A DNA stretch of 61,064 bases, filler included, from Basidiobolus ranarum (lineage: Eukaryota), in assembly GCA_040143965.1 (NCBI GenBank). It is 5 parts of 5 records of this genome, joined end to end, with 100 filler letters (N's around TTAATTAATTAA, not from the genome) between each part and the next. Parts side by side here need not be neighbours in the genome. Positions count along the whole stretch, not along the records: positions 12,251 to 24,386 come from JASJQH010000563.1; positions 24,487 to 36,619 come from JASJQH010000564.1; 3 more parts are not named here. One strand, written 5' to 3'. This document shows positions 12,758-26,650 of the stretch, one piece after another. Both the position numbers and the translations under genes were made by a program. The notes below the pieces were generated by a model. That model ran no database searches and was not told the origin of the DNA. It saw only the letters and a program-made list of their open reading frames with translations. Every line of letters begins with the position of its first letter. Positions within the stretch are counted from its first letter, which is position 1.

Positions 12758-14505
12758 AGCAACTCCATTGAATTTTATTATCTAACGTGATCGTATTCTA
12801 TATTGTTTTAACCATGATTTTTCTTTTTTGAGTGAAAGTATTTGATCCTCCTTTTGGGAATTTTGATCAACGATTCTTTTTTAAAATAAATAACTTTAAA
12901 ATCATCCTTTGTAAATGATCACAATGAGAGTGCAACTAGCCTCAAAACCCTCAAAAATGTAAAAGCTTAGCAAGTTGAAAAGTCATCTAACTTATTCGAA
13001 GAAATTCTGTATTGATATGGTTGTTAACTATTGATATATTATACTCTTTAAACGCTCGCTTAATTAATATTAATAAATGAGTATTATCAAATGTCTCTAT
13101 CACTATTGTATGACAGCCATTGGGTCAATAAAAAAAATCCCATGTTCAAAGGCACGATATTCTGATAGCTCAAAGCATGAATCCTTGGACCATCATGATT
13201 TTTAAGCCAGTAACACAAATGTACTAGTTTAAAGTCTTTCCTTTATGCAATCTAAATCAAAATTCTTTAACATGCAAACTGTATTCCATTCTAGGGATAT
13301 TGAAGAGTACGTGTTTCATGATCTCTGAACCATTGACTGGCTCTTTTTCTATTGTAATTTGGATGTTGCCAAGTGTGAATGATGTTATTCGTCACAGCGA
13401 GTGCAGTTTCGAAGTGATACCGCTGCTTGAGATTAAGGTTTTTGAAACAGTTTGTAGTATCAATCTATATCCAGAACAAAGTAAATATATTTTTGTTAAT
13501 GCTTTCTTGTTACGTATTTCTGGATAGTATGAAATAATACGTAACATCTTGAATTATACTTGTTGGTGTCCTTCAGAATATGGTCATCATTCTTAAATAT
13601 ACTGCCAACCGAAGACAGTTATATATAATATATAAATCACATATGGTATGCTCAGCTACGCTGTAAATACAAGGTTTGATATTATAGATTGTGGTTATGT
13701 GCTTTAATCTTAGTTCTAACGTGAAGATTGCAAATTATAGCACGGTCACTAAAGTATCTTACAGCAGCTACCTCCTAAATGTTTCAGAATTTTTTATGCC
13801 AATGATTCACCTCAGTCATGTTTCAAGGCGTGTGACATACTCCACCTCAAGATACTTATGCCTGTTGTAAAAATATTTAGGCGTTCTTTCCCTAGTTTTG
13901 GCCTTACTCGGTTATGCCACCATTCCTGATGGTCGTCACACTACGCCTAACTGATGGACCGCGGTTATTTGCATAACTGATGTTTTATAAAATTGAATAC
14001 TTGATCCCTGAATGATTTCTCAAATATACTCAGCTACTGATTAAATCGCATAGAATATTCGTGCTAGTTCCATCTCTTCTGAATTTAAGTTCATTGTAAA
14101 TATTGAAGCAAAAGATAGCGACTTTCATCAAACTTGTGTAGTTCAACTCTCATCCTTCATAGCAGGCATTCTTTGACTTTCAGTGGGGATCTGGCTTTAT
14201 TTGGTGAATGCATTTCTTAATAGATTTTGGGCCTACACTAGAAAAGATGGTGCTTTGGTCAACTTAAGGAGCGGAGCATTGAATTGGTGGTTCATGTTGG
14301 TAGAGTATATAATGCTCAATAAACGAGAATAAATATATAAATAAGAGGTTACTTAATATCGAAGAACTAATACATAGGAAAAATTTAGTATATACAACGG
14401 ATTCGAGGTGTGAATATTTACTTCAGAGTAGGGATTAATAATGAAATTTCAAGGTTTTTTGATGAGTTTGTAAGCAGTAAAATTGGGATCCTTGCACATC
14501 CTCAT

Positions 14506-16223
14506 TTACGCATTTGGGACAAAGAATTTAATGAAAACTATGGAAAGCACATTAATTCCTGCAAATACAAGGAAGGTGTACGGTCCTAAGGCCTGCTTCA
14601 TGATTGGAACGACTAAACCTACGGAAAATGTGCCACTAAGTATTTATGTATTAGTACTCATAGTATAAGGTATTTAAATCATAGTGAGAACTTACATCCA
14701 TCCAACACTGGTAGCAGCGCCAACAACTGTACTAACTGCCACTGTTGGCATTATCTCCGGAATAATAGTTACTGTCACTGGCCCCATACCAATCGCGAAA
14801 GAAGCAACAAATAAAAGCGCTATAAGATGTGTCAGTGTACCATGTGATAAATTGAACTAGATTGTGTAAAAAAAATCTGATGCTTACATGACACAACGAC
14901 CAACATATCGATGTTATAGATGGAGGCAAAGACCATCGCCACGGCCATGATGGCCATGCCACTAGCGCTGAGCAAAAGAAGAAGTTTACGACCAGTACGA
15001 GCGATGATAACAGCAGAGACTGAAGTCATGATCAAGTTAATTACTGCAATGCCAATGGTGACATAAGAGGCCTTCTCAGCACCGAAAACATCTTTGAACA
15101 TGCTTTGTGAGTAGTAAATGATCCCAATAATGCCTGATAGAGGCTGAAAGGCGAACAGAATGATGCTGATGACACTGAATCTTCGAAGTGAATCGTTACG
15201 AAGTATATCAACTATATTCAAAGGTTTCAAGGCTGTGATTACGGTAACTTCTTGTCTTTCTTCACTTTCATGCTCTTTGAAGCCTTTCCCTTTTGAACTG
15301 TCGAAAGTAATCACTGTCTTCTCTTCATACTCCTGACCGACACTTAGATCGTTAGAGCTAGAGACGCTAGGGCATAGTTGAGTGGAGCTAGTAGGTGTGT
15401 TATCGTATCTGTCTCCACGTTGTGCATCTAACATTTCTTGGAATTCATTCTCAATATCATATCCATTTCTTAGTTTTCCCAATACTTCTCTGGCTTCATC
15501 AAGTCTACCAGTCATTATAAGGTAGCGTGGTGTTTCTTTGCAAAAACAAAGAAGAACTGCTTGAATGACTGCTGGCGCAATAGTAGCACCCATTAACCAT
15601 CTCCATCCAGGTACCCCATTAAAGAATAAACAAAATCCCTGTGCCAGCATGATTCCTAGCATTTGTGAAGACTCAAAAAGAACACCCATAGTACCTCTGA
15701 GTCGATTGGTGGATGTTTCGGCAACATAAGTTGGTACCGCAACACCAGCTACACCACTTCCGATTCCTACTAAAAAGCGTCCAGTGACGAAAAGGATTGT
15801 TGATGTGGACATTGCGAGAGACAGACCTCCAAGCATAAATATTATATTGTTCCATAACAATGTGTTTCTACGTCCAATTTTGCTACTGATATGACCACCT
15901 GCGCTGCTTCCTATCAACACTCCAATTGCAAATACGCCGACAGCAAAACCCCTACAAGTCATAATATGCCGAGTTAGTAAGAGAGAGTGCGCATCATCTC
16001 TTTTAAGAAAAGGAACTTACCAAATAAGAGGCTCCATTGGAAGGCAATCTGGAAAGTAACTACCTGTACCTTTTGGAGGGCATACAAGAATTACATCTTG
16101 TGAGATATTTGGTACACCAGAGTTATACCCAGAATTTAAGCCGGCAATTAGCGCGGTCAAGTTGCTAAATAAAGCGTATTTGTCAAATACTTTATATCTA
16201 GAATCGCGGCTAGTAGTATTCAT
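14506..16223 (-). CDS. Sugar porter family MFS transporter (GLUT-like), 4 exons
   Basis: GYNSGV, GRRNTL, GRFLVG, YVAE, RG..G, GWRW, ETPRYL, GRKLLL and FAIGMGPV motifs. Introns near 16020-15953, 14888-14832 and 14696-14637. Apparent stop at 14506. Confidence 0.88.
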
Positions 16224-19200
16224 AATGCGACCTGTGTATTTTCTATAAAGACAATGTACTTGGAAAGTAAAATGTTTGATGAATAAGATAATAGTTAATC
16301 AATCTCAGGAAGAATACTCAGTATATATAGCACTGTTTTTCTGCTAATAGCCATTAAAACTGTTTTTATGGCGTCATATGTTCATCATAGAGTATGTATT
16401 GGCATAAATAAGCAGTGTAGTGGTTTATTGTATGATTGTTATTTACATAAATTCTTGTATACAACGCAAGAGATGATAAGTAATATGAGGATGCTTTTGG
16501 TCTTCTTATTTGATAGAAAAAGCAGATTTGATATCAAGTTGTCTAATCATGAGCATACTCTTTTCATGCAGCGACTGCGTTTAGTGACAAAACTCAATAG
16601 TGTACACGCACCGTAAGCTTATCTAGTAAATCTAGAGAGGGTGATATGGCATTTTCTCGAACTCAACATTACAATTGTAGTTTACATGATCATTTCAGAG
16701 GTTCCTCAAATCCATCCAAGGAGAGGCAACTTTTCGCATAAACTGTATTCAACCGGTTTCATGGATGACATAATTACCAATACATAGTACGTTAGGTACT
16801 CGATATATTGATGGACCTTTATGCCATTCCATAAGCACTAAACTTGATATGACCGCTAAATATCTGGAGGGCAACTTGATCCAAAAGAAATAATTGTGGG
16901 GCCACCTCTATGTGCCCCATGGCATATACAATATAGATTATGAGTGGAGTTGGTTCATTCTTTGAGCTAGTACAATACAGCGGTTCAATGACGTCGAATC
17001 AGTACCGTAGCGTAGTTCTTCAGAATATTTTAGACAGAAATACCCCAAGTAAAGCTGAACATTCTTCACCTCCGTACCTCAGCCAATTTTGTATGAGTGT
17101 TGCTACAATGCTAGATCTCCGCTATGCACCAACAGAGGCTGGATATAACTTTGAGGTAGATTTCAAAATGGTATAGCCAAGTGTAATGGAATTTACTTGT
17201 ATACAGATACAAATATCAAAGGATCAAAATTTTAAGAAAAATTCAAATAATTCAGGTAAGTAGCAAATATAAAATTCTCCCTCTATCCTTTGTACCTCAA
17301 GCTCAACAGCTTTATTTCTTACGTAACTTGTTTTCCGATCATGCAGGAAGCACAAACCTCCGATTCGAATCTAGTTTGAAACCTTGGCCTTTGTAGATTT
17401 TGTGTCACGAATTTTAAGCGGCCACAGTGACTACGCTTTGTATCCTTCTTGGTGGCTTTGTAGGTAACTAGACTCAATATCACCTGGAAAAGAAATATCT
17501 CTGCATGATCTAGTCTTGTATTAAAAACAATTGATTGATATCCAGACTAGCCGCTATTTTCATTTGTGGCTTCAATGAATGAGATTACTAACAGCCTTAA
17601 TCTCATTATTTCTCTATATCTTACGATGCCTCTCCGAGAAACGACTTGTATATCAGAAAGAGCCTTTCCAACAATATATGGCCGGTGCTATATCAAAATA
17701 CAATGCTGGTGTAACTCCAATAATCATGGACAAGGAGATATTTAATATCGGGTATGTTACTATGTTACTTTAATCCAACTGCCTCTGCTACTCATCGCGT
17801 GAAGTCTTTACAGGATCAGAATTTCCGACTCTTTATGTATGGATATGATACAGTCGCATTATACATTTGGTTGCAACAGTGATGTTACCACATATTTGTC
17901 CAATTATTCCACAATCAGGCACCACATGTATCCACCACAACTCATACTCCCGCCCACTATTTAACTCTTATTTCCGTATTCTGGTAATTCATAGGGGTCA
18001 CTTTGGAACTATATCATACTTTTCAAGTGGATCAACGTTGATCCATAAACTGAGCGTTAGGTTTCGTAATACTTAGGTCTCTCATGGCAGTCAAAAGTAC
18101 AGGCCGCTGTGGCCTCGCGTTAGCAAGACTTAATAGCGTCTTAGGTGGGTTTTACATTTAATACAGATAATTTCCATTAATGAGATTGTCATCTATGAGA
18201 GAAGGTCACAAATGCGTAGTTCAGGCAATTTTCACATCTTGTGTGTCACTACAAAACAAAGTCATCAGTAGCGTTACTAGAGTTAATTTAGGCCTTTTCA
18301 GTAGAATTTAGTCGAAGGTTGGGTCTCATTGATGCCAAATGAGAACATAAGAACTCAAGTAATGTGCGTAAGTAGACTAACGAATTGTAAAACTAGGTAG
18401 ACTGTAAATTTGTCACAACATATAGTCATCAAAATTCGCTCAGACACTTCCGTTCTCCGGATATATATACCACAATACTACTAGAATGGCATTGTGAGTC
18501 CACTTGCTAGACAGTGTTTTCTATACAGAAATAGGAATACCATACAAATGACGATAATATTCCAAACTGAGAATTGATTCGCCCATTTCCTGCTATGCTA
18601 TTTGAAACGCCCATATATATCATATAGTAGCTAATTAAAGGCTCACTCCCTGCGGAGATAGCCCGTGTGACTGGACACCAGCTATGCTTGTCGTCGAAAT
18701 TGTGGCTGAATGATATCTAGCAGCAATGCAACTGCCATCAACTAGAGCAGACTGTGACCAAATCCAATGGTTCCTTTCCTTGATTTCCAAATAGAGGAAT
18801 TGCAATTGTACCTCAAATTCAACTTTTCTCTGGTTTTATACTAAATGCACCCCTTTGTTTGAATATTAGGATTCTTTGAAACCGGTAGTCCAAGTGGCTA
18901 CAATGAGTAGGGTATAAGATGAGGACAGTTGGTTCATTAGCCATGGAAGTGTGTAAATTTGAACCTTTCATAATCAAATTTTCACTATTTCTTTGAAAAC
19001 TATACTGTAGGTAAAGTGGAAGTAGCATCGAAGTTGATTTATTTTACCTGTGGTTGGTAATACGATATTTCAATATTTCTTTGCAAAATTATATATTCCA
19101 AATACAACAAGATGCGGTTTCTTCCGAGATGATGGTTATGTCTTTTATCCGTTACATGCAGTGACTCAGAAATTGTATTCTTATCGTAACTCCATCAACA

Positions 19201-20266
19201 ACAAAGACAGCACCATGTTCCCTAATGTCTAATGGAATCGATATAGTTCAAAGAATACTATGAAACTAACTCTTCACTACAACCATCGTTTACGGGTGAG
19301 AATATATTGATGCCTACGACTAAATCTAATTTCACTGATCTGGAGTCGCACCCGAGCTTCTGAATGACTATCTTGAATATTTTCTCCAGTTCAGTAATGT
19401 TTGAATACTTGACTATTTACTGCATTTACTTGACCGGGTGGAGGTTTGTGTATGATTACACCTATCCATCATTATGTATGTACTAGTATAGTACTTCTTT
19501 GTATACAAATCACTTAATAATGTGCTCATTTGTTCTTGAACAATTGGAACATCTTCCTACATTTACCAACCAAATCAATAACGACCCACAAGTATGTTGG
19601 ATATCATCTATGCACTGTTAACTACAAATTGTCTATATATTAGCCCTAGTAATATCTGCCAACCCTATTTCACATACATTATATTGGACTGTTATGGGTT
19701 ACTCTATCAGATTTTCAAGGGATGTTGATTTTTGTATCGTATTCACTCAAAGAACTTTTAATAGCTTTTTTTTTTCTTTTCAAAATTACAAATATATGTA
19801 TATGGAGTGCTTAAAGACAATCATTGTGATGAAGAAAAAGCCTAGTGAAAGAATGCCTACCATGCAAGAAAAAGGAACTGGAAATAATAGTCATTAAAAT
19901 GTACGAAAAGGTGGTATAGTATTCTATATCCTTGTGATAGAGCGTATCAACATAAGATTATCGAGGACGACATATAACTGTGAAGGAGAGGAAAGCACGG
20001 TATACTCGTATCTAAAAATATTACTATCAAGAGAATAGAAATACTCTTTCTAAATTTTCAAGAAAATATTATAATATAAGGAGTCATCTGACACCTGAAC
20101 TAGCTAATGTGTATGTACATAGAAGGTGCTCTTCGAGCGATTCAACAAAACGTTTTCGGTTCCCCTTATATTAGCATGGAGCAGACGTGCATGATTCTCC
20201 TAAAATTCTGAGTTGGTGATGAGGAGGGTCATGTTGAATGGTGGCATAAGTAATGAATAGAAGGCC

Positions 20267-21352
20267 TCAGCATCTGGCTTTCAGACGGTACTGTTCGTTA
20301 ATAAAGCGAAACTCATGCTTTCCTATGACAAATGAATTTGGCGGTACGCAAACGATTTCATTTAACGGACGGGAACCATCATCTTGGGAGAGTTTTTGCA
20401 GACACAAGCTTGCAAACACTGCCTCGTTTAACTCTTTTGGATCCTCTATGAACTCTCTGTTGTAGGCCTCGTCGGCAGCCTTCCTACGTTTGTTCTGCCT
20501 TGGTTTGATGGTATTGGATTTCTTCGGGAAGACAGAAGCATGAAATGTGTATGTCACCGATGACTGATAAGGGATAGGTGATTGTGTGACACCATTTGCG
20601 AGCACAGAAATAAACCCCTTATCACCCTCATCGTCGATACTTTGTGACTTGCTATTTGCTTCTCTCTTGCGTTTCTGAATTCCGGGGACTTTCTTTGGAG
20701 CATAGCCTTCTTCACCACTAAGATTGGGGGTTTCTGGAGGACTTACCATACCAGCCTTGGATATTTTTGCTTTCTGTTTAGCGAGAGCGATTTCAGCCGC
20801 TCTACTTTTACGTTCCTCCATTGATATGGGAACACGGGAGGAGGAATTTGGGTGTGACGGCTCCAAGACATCTTGAAGAAATTGTGGACCACAGATAGGA
20901 ACTAGATCATCACGAATATACCAGCAAGTTTTCATAGCCAATTCGTAAGCACGTTTAAAAGGAAGCCTAAAATTAGATTGAAAGTATATGAGGAAGTGGG
21001 ATTTGATAAAGGAAAAAGGGGATATTTTAACTTACCATGTTCCTTGAATTTTCAAAAATCCTCCACGTATTTTCTTCACCTCCTTAGACAACTCGGGATT
21101 AGAGTCCACTAATTTTGCGATTTCACTCTTTTCTCGGCCAATGGCTTTCCAGATACCAGTCCAGTATACATAACCAGTTTCTCTGTCCCATAAAATAGGC
21201 GGCTCATTAAAAGTGAATTCGTATACTGGAATATACCCTCTGGAATCCAATGATGTAGAGTAGTTGGCGCAATGAACTTTATGCTTATCAGAGGGAAAGC
21301 GAACATGCGTGCTGGGAGCGGTGGTGGCAATTGGAGAACTAGGAGATATCAT
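20267..21352 (-). CDS. APSES/KilA-N domain transcription factor (Xbp1-like subgroup), 2+ exons
   Basis: ILWDRETGYVYWTGIWKA...KKIRGGFLKIQGTW|LPFKRAYELAMKTCWYIRDDLVPICGPQF across an intron at ~21035-20967. The start codon is uncertain. Confidence 0.85.
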
Positions 21353-24300
21353 GTTGATACTTGTGGGTGCGTGTGTGTAATAGAGAAGTGGCTGGTACTA
21401 ATGGGGAAGAGATGGCGAAGTACTCAAGGTCAGCTATTCTTTTGGGACAAGAATTCGCAAGGTTCGGCTTTGAGCTGAGTGTTTGCGAGTACGTGAAGAT
21501 GGTAATTCAAGGATCTGAGGGATATCGAGGGGCATCGATGATTTATATAGGAAATTCTGAATCCGAGAACGAGAACCCATCGCATCTAGGGATATTTCGA
21601 TATTAAGCCTTTGAGTGTATGCGTGAAATTAGGGGCTTTATTAGAGCCTAAGGGCCAAGCCAAGGTGAGGGGCTGCTCTCAAATATAGGTGGTCAATTTA
21701 TCTAGGGAATTTGGCTATGTCGAGTGGTGATGTTGGAGTTGGATCAGGAACCTGTATGGCAATTCGATCCGGGCTTGAAGAAAATGTGGTGGTTTACAAA
21801 ATAGATCACATTTCATTCATATCGAAATGGAACATTTGTTCAGAATGGTTTTACCAGAAATAATAAGTGCACTTTGTTATTTGATGACCGAGGAGAATTA
21901 ACCAGATTGGAGGGCTGGATTTTATCAAACTCTAATCATTTAGCCATGGTGTGGTTGATTCAGAATATGATCTATCGAAACGGAGATTTACTCGTATGTA
22001 CTTGGTTTAGAGATAGTTAGAAGCATAGATGGATATTTCATTGGATTGGGCAAGTGACCACTGGATATTTCACATTCCTCGAAAATCGGATCTCTAACCT
22101 GGAATCTACACCAAGACGAGCTGATTGCCTAGTGCTGATTGGAGAGGCCACGACCAAACGCAACGTGACCATAAGCTTGCTGCTTCTCGCAATCAAACTC
22201 GAGAAGAAACTCCCTTCCCCTGCAGCTGCAGCGGGATGAGTGGAAGTTTAAAGAGTCGGGATTTTGTACGGTAGATGCACAGTCCCAGGGGGCTTATCCA
22301 CTTAACTTTCTTATGGATCACTTTGAAAAATCCCGGTACATTGGGCAGCAGCATCTTCGAGAGGAGTCATGTGCAGCTGGAATTGGGTATCACCAGTTCT
22401 TTGATGGCTTAGCCTATAAACAAGATCGTCTGGACTCTGATTGGCTGTGCGACAAGTAATGACCAATTCTGCAGTCACTGATTGCAGTGCAATGATATAT
22501 GATCATTTATTCTTGAACAGTGCGCATTGTTCGACCCACAATGCCATTGCCAAGACTGATTGTATGAAGCAGATGGGAATCCCATTTTTTCGACGACGAC
22601 TCTCCGGCTGGAGTGAGGGTTGGATTAGAGAGATCTTCCATAGCTCTGGAGACACGGTGCTTCGTGACCGAGGATCTTCATTGGCCAGCGTGGATAGGCA
22701 GTCAGGACTCTCCTGAGACGTATAAGGATAAGTCGGGGTCAGGAAATGGACAACACCTGATGTCTTTTCGTGATTTGTGGCCCACATGCTGACAACACTT
22801 ACGGATTCACTTTAGGAGATCAGGGTTAAAAAGGGGTTACCTCACTACGGCTTGTCGAATAGCATTGAGAATGCTGTCCAGATTAATTAATCCCTTTCTC
22901 AACCAGCAAAACCAACACCCAATTCATTTGAAGCAGCCAAAACGGGCAATAGACTTTGACATTCATTTGGCGTCCAGGTATCACCTTCAGATTAGTAACA
23001 GGAAATTAAATTCATTCGTAATCACCGGAACAACTCGATAATCATTAGATATGTTTATTGTTGTAATGACAATAGACTCAATGATGACAGTTACCAAAGG
23101 AGAAATCCCATATCATTTAGACGTGAAACAGATTCTCAATGTATCTCTGTGAATCGATTAGAATGGTGATATAAGCCAACACAGCATCACCAGACTCGTC
23201 AACTTGGTCCGAAATAAAACTTATCAGGCAACGTAGCGGAAAATTACTTAGAAACCAAATGCAGCTGTGGAACACATCGAGAATCAGTCCAGAAACTCCA
23301 TCATCATTCTCGGGGGACTGCATCCACCACTATTCCTTTGTCTGAGATTTGAAACGGACTCGCTTCTTCGAGAGTTTCTTTTATACCGAAGAATCTGTAT
23401 ATTCACCAGCATGCCGCTTTGGAGCTATTCAGAGAAGAGGTGAAGCTTCGAACACATTCCAGAAGCTCTTTACTAGCAGTAATAATCTGACATTCAGAAT
23501 CGAGGAATGAGACTCCTTAATTCACCGAGAGCATTACCCCTTGAGCCAATACTAGTACAGAAACCTGATTCAAACTAGTCAAGGTAATCAGTCTGGTCGA
23601 AGACAAAGGATCCACCCGAAGCCGTTGAAAACATCGGAATTTACTGTTTCGGCTCTGGTCTTATTTGTTTCAGGATTCACAACTTTTAGTAAACTTGGGA
23701 CATATAGCTGTGATGTGGTCAACTTGGAAGATCCGTTTCTTAATTTCGAATGTACATAATTAAGCACATACATGTTAATGTGTGTACATTTACAGGTGAG
23801 AAACTTCCAGTTAATCTAATTGAATTGTTCAAGTGAAGATTCTCATCGCTCAAAGGGATTTCTTAGACGAACAGCAGACTTCAATCTGATTGAGTTTGAA
23901 CCAAGTGTCTTTGTTACAGCACAGAAACCAATCAAATGATGGAAATGCTTAATATGGAAGTGTCACGTTTGTTTTGCTGACAGATATTCGTGTGAGCATA
24001 CAATTCAGCCGTGGCTTTTGTATTAGTAGCTATAGCCAACTTCAAGCACCTCCAGAGTTTTTGTCGAATGTATTGCTGTTTCACATACTACAGCTTGTTA
24101 AATCGACTCGGCCATTGGTGCTTTGTGTTGATCAAATGTTTGACACTTAGCGACCCGAAAGATTGATACTCTCTAAGCCAACCAGCAAAATGGAATCTTG
24201 AGTTAGCGAGGAGGTACATTCTTCGGGAAGAATTGAATTCCAGAATTTGCTCTATAGAATAGATCAAGTCGATGACTTTGTTGAGCCCTGTACATATCAG

Positions 24301-24386
24301 TCGCACATACGAGAATGACCCCATCCTTTCCAAAGTCACCACAGTACCTCTCAACAGGGGTCATTTCGTAGATAGGTCTCCTGCAC

Positions 24387-24486
24387 NNNNNNNNNNNNNN
24401 NNNNNNNNNNNNNNNNNNNNNNNNNNNNNNTTAATTAATTAANNNNNNNNNNNNNNNNNNNNNNNNNNNNNNNNNNNNNNNNNNNN
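24387..24486. other. Artificial contig spacer
   Basis: N44-TTAATTAATTAA-N44. Confidence 0.98.
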
Positions 24487-25756
24487 ATGGACGATATTTA
24501 TTTACAGGTGGTATCGCTAGGAAACTCCAGAATCAATGTACTACATTTCTGATTTTTCTTTAGTGGTTACTGATAGGGCAGACACAAGTAGATGATCCCT
24601 ATCAGTGCATACTGAATTTGCTTGTTCCAATTTTAGCTCATGGGCAAAAATCCTTTTTCTGCTATCGTTGAGTAAATGCCTGATTTCTTGCAATACTTGC
24701 AGATGATTGATTTCCTGTTAGGGGCACCATTATTGAAGCCTGTTGGACATTAACAGCTCTAAAAAATGCCTGTTCTGCATTGTTTTCCTCAGAATTATAT
24801 CTTCTGAGTTCTTTATTCAAAAGCCTAGTACCAACATATTCCATTTTTATTAGCTCTGATCTTGATTCTAGAGCAATTAAGAGGTTCCCAAACTTGGCTG
24901 GCAGGCTCCTAAGTAGTGTCATGACTAAGTTATCATCATTTAGAGATGCTCTAATGGATGAGAGCTGATCTGCCATAGTTTTTATCCAGTTTGTATAATT
25001 CAGCATAGCATCATCAGATTTCATCTGAATTGAGAATTTTTTTTGCCTATGATATAGCCTATTAGGCAGACTTGTAGTCTCATATAGTCACTCAAGTGTT
25101 TCCTAAGCATTTTGGATGGTTTTGCTAATTGTATGTGCCTCAATCGATAGTTTCTGAGATGTATACAAAGTGTGGAGAGTGCTTTCCTCTGCTCCTTGTA
25201 AAAGGCAAGGACAGCTTCTGGTGGTCCCTTTGGCTCTATTTCCTCTCAGTAACAAAACCCCAAAGGTTCTTGTCTTCTAGCACCATTTGCATCTTGAACT
25301 TCCAAAGGTGAAAGTCTTCATCATCAAACTTCTTGGTGGAAGCAAAAATATTGGTAATAGTACTGGTAGACATTACATTAGCAGCTAGCTTGGGGCTCAT
25401 AACATGATGACATAGTTTAGCTGATTTGGATGTGTTTCCAACAAGATTTGGATTTGTGAATTAGACACTCAAGTTTTATTGAATTGAAGATGTCCTATTT
25501 ACAGTGTACTATGAAATAGGACTATTGGATGTGCTGAGATTGTAACAAACATGCCTGTTAAGCATGGGTGAAGATTTGTGGAGATGTGGAGAAGTTTTAA
25601 GAAAATAGTGAAAATTGGCAAAAGAGTTCTAATTGATACTTCTATCAATTATAGCAATAAACACACATTTTTGAATGACAGAATTTAGTGATAAATAATC
25701 AAAATATCAATGAACCAAGTACTAAATAATGAGATGCTATTTACCTAATTTCAAAA
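24487..25756 (-). mobile_element. Ty1/copia 5' portion: LTR (25405-25756), PBS, degenerate gag and protease
   Basis: The LTR is homologous to 26651-26999 and is followed by PBS TGTTATGAGCCC. gag reads MSTSTITNIFASTKKFDDEDFHLWKFKMQMVL from 25373, with LLRSLP. The protease motif *YIDSGVS lies near 24540. Internal stops. Confidence 0.85.
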
Positions 25757-25769
25757 AATTGATTAGTGC

Positions 25770-26650
25770 TCATTAATGTTTTAATTGTATTTTTGGGTAT
25801 ATTTTGAGATCCTTATAATTGCTCTAGAATTCAGATCAGAGCCAGTAGTAACAAAATATATTAATGCCAGGCTACTGAATAAATAATTATGGAGAACTTA
25901 TTTTCAGCAAAATAATGCATATTGGACATTTTTGAAGCTACTAATTATCCCACAGGTTCTGACAGTGGTGCCCTTAACAGGAAATCAGTAATCTCTAACA
26001 ATTGTAAGAAACCAGGACAGTTAATAAAAGAATGCATAAAGTGGATATTTGTCAAAATGCCCAAACTGGAACAAGCAAATCCTGTCAGCAAAGATAAGGA
26101 AAATTGATTTGTGTCCACCCTATCATTAACCACTAAGCAAGACTCAGAAATATAGTACATTGACTCAGGAGCAATATAGATCAAAATACTCTATCAGCAA
26201 GCTAAGTAACAGCTCTAGGACTATTTTTCATTTTCAGCAAGGCTGGATGCACCATTGCATATCAGAATGACATTAAATTTGCTAAGAGGATCATGACTCA
26301 CCACTGAGCTAAGCTAGTTATCAACAGAGTCAATTCTGAACATGTAAACTTGGCCAATATCATTGAAATAAGCTGTCAAACATGGCAAAGAAGATTAGGC
26401 CATTGCGGCACAAAAACTGACTGAAAGGCTGGAAATCAGCTTATCTCAGGATTAGAGATTATATATATCCATAAATTGCAACTATGTCAAGGTTGCATGT
26501 ATGAAAAACATGACAGACTGCCATTTTCAACCTCTGGGGAGATCAAATCCACTCATAATTTTTCCCTATTTTATTTCAACATGCGAGGGCCCATGAAAAT
26601 ATCGCATTAGGTGGCAAAAGAAAGCTCACAACTTTCATTTTTATAATTTG
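25770..26650 (+). mobile_element. Older copia internal fragment, left part (host of the nested insertion)
   Basis: gag end, decayed zinc knuckle CKKPGQLIKEC, *YIDSGA protease motif, WQRRLGH pre-integrase, CQGC and GPMK integrase start. It continues at 30751. Confidence 0.75.

Noticed and set aside
22441-22787. Overlapping opposite-strand ORFs upstream of the APSES gene
   Set aside because: No recognisable motifs; more likely part of a long regulatory region.
23117-24386. Scattered minus-strand ORFs with possible splice sites
   Set aside because: I could not build a stop-free spliced model or recognise a motif; at most a decayed gene.
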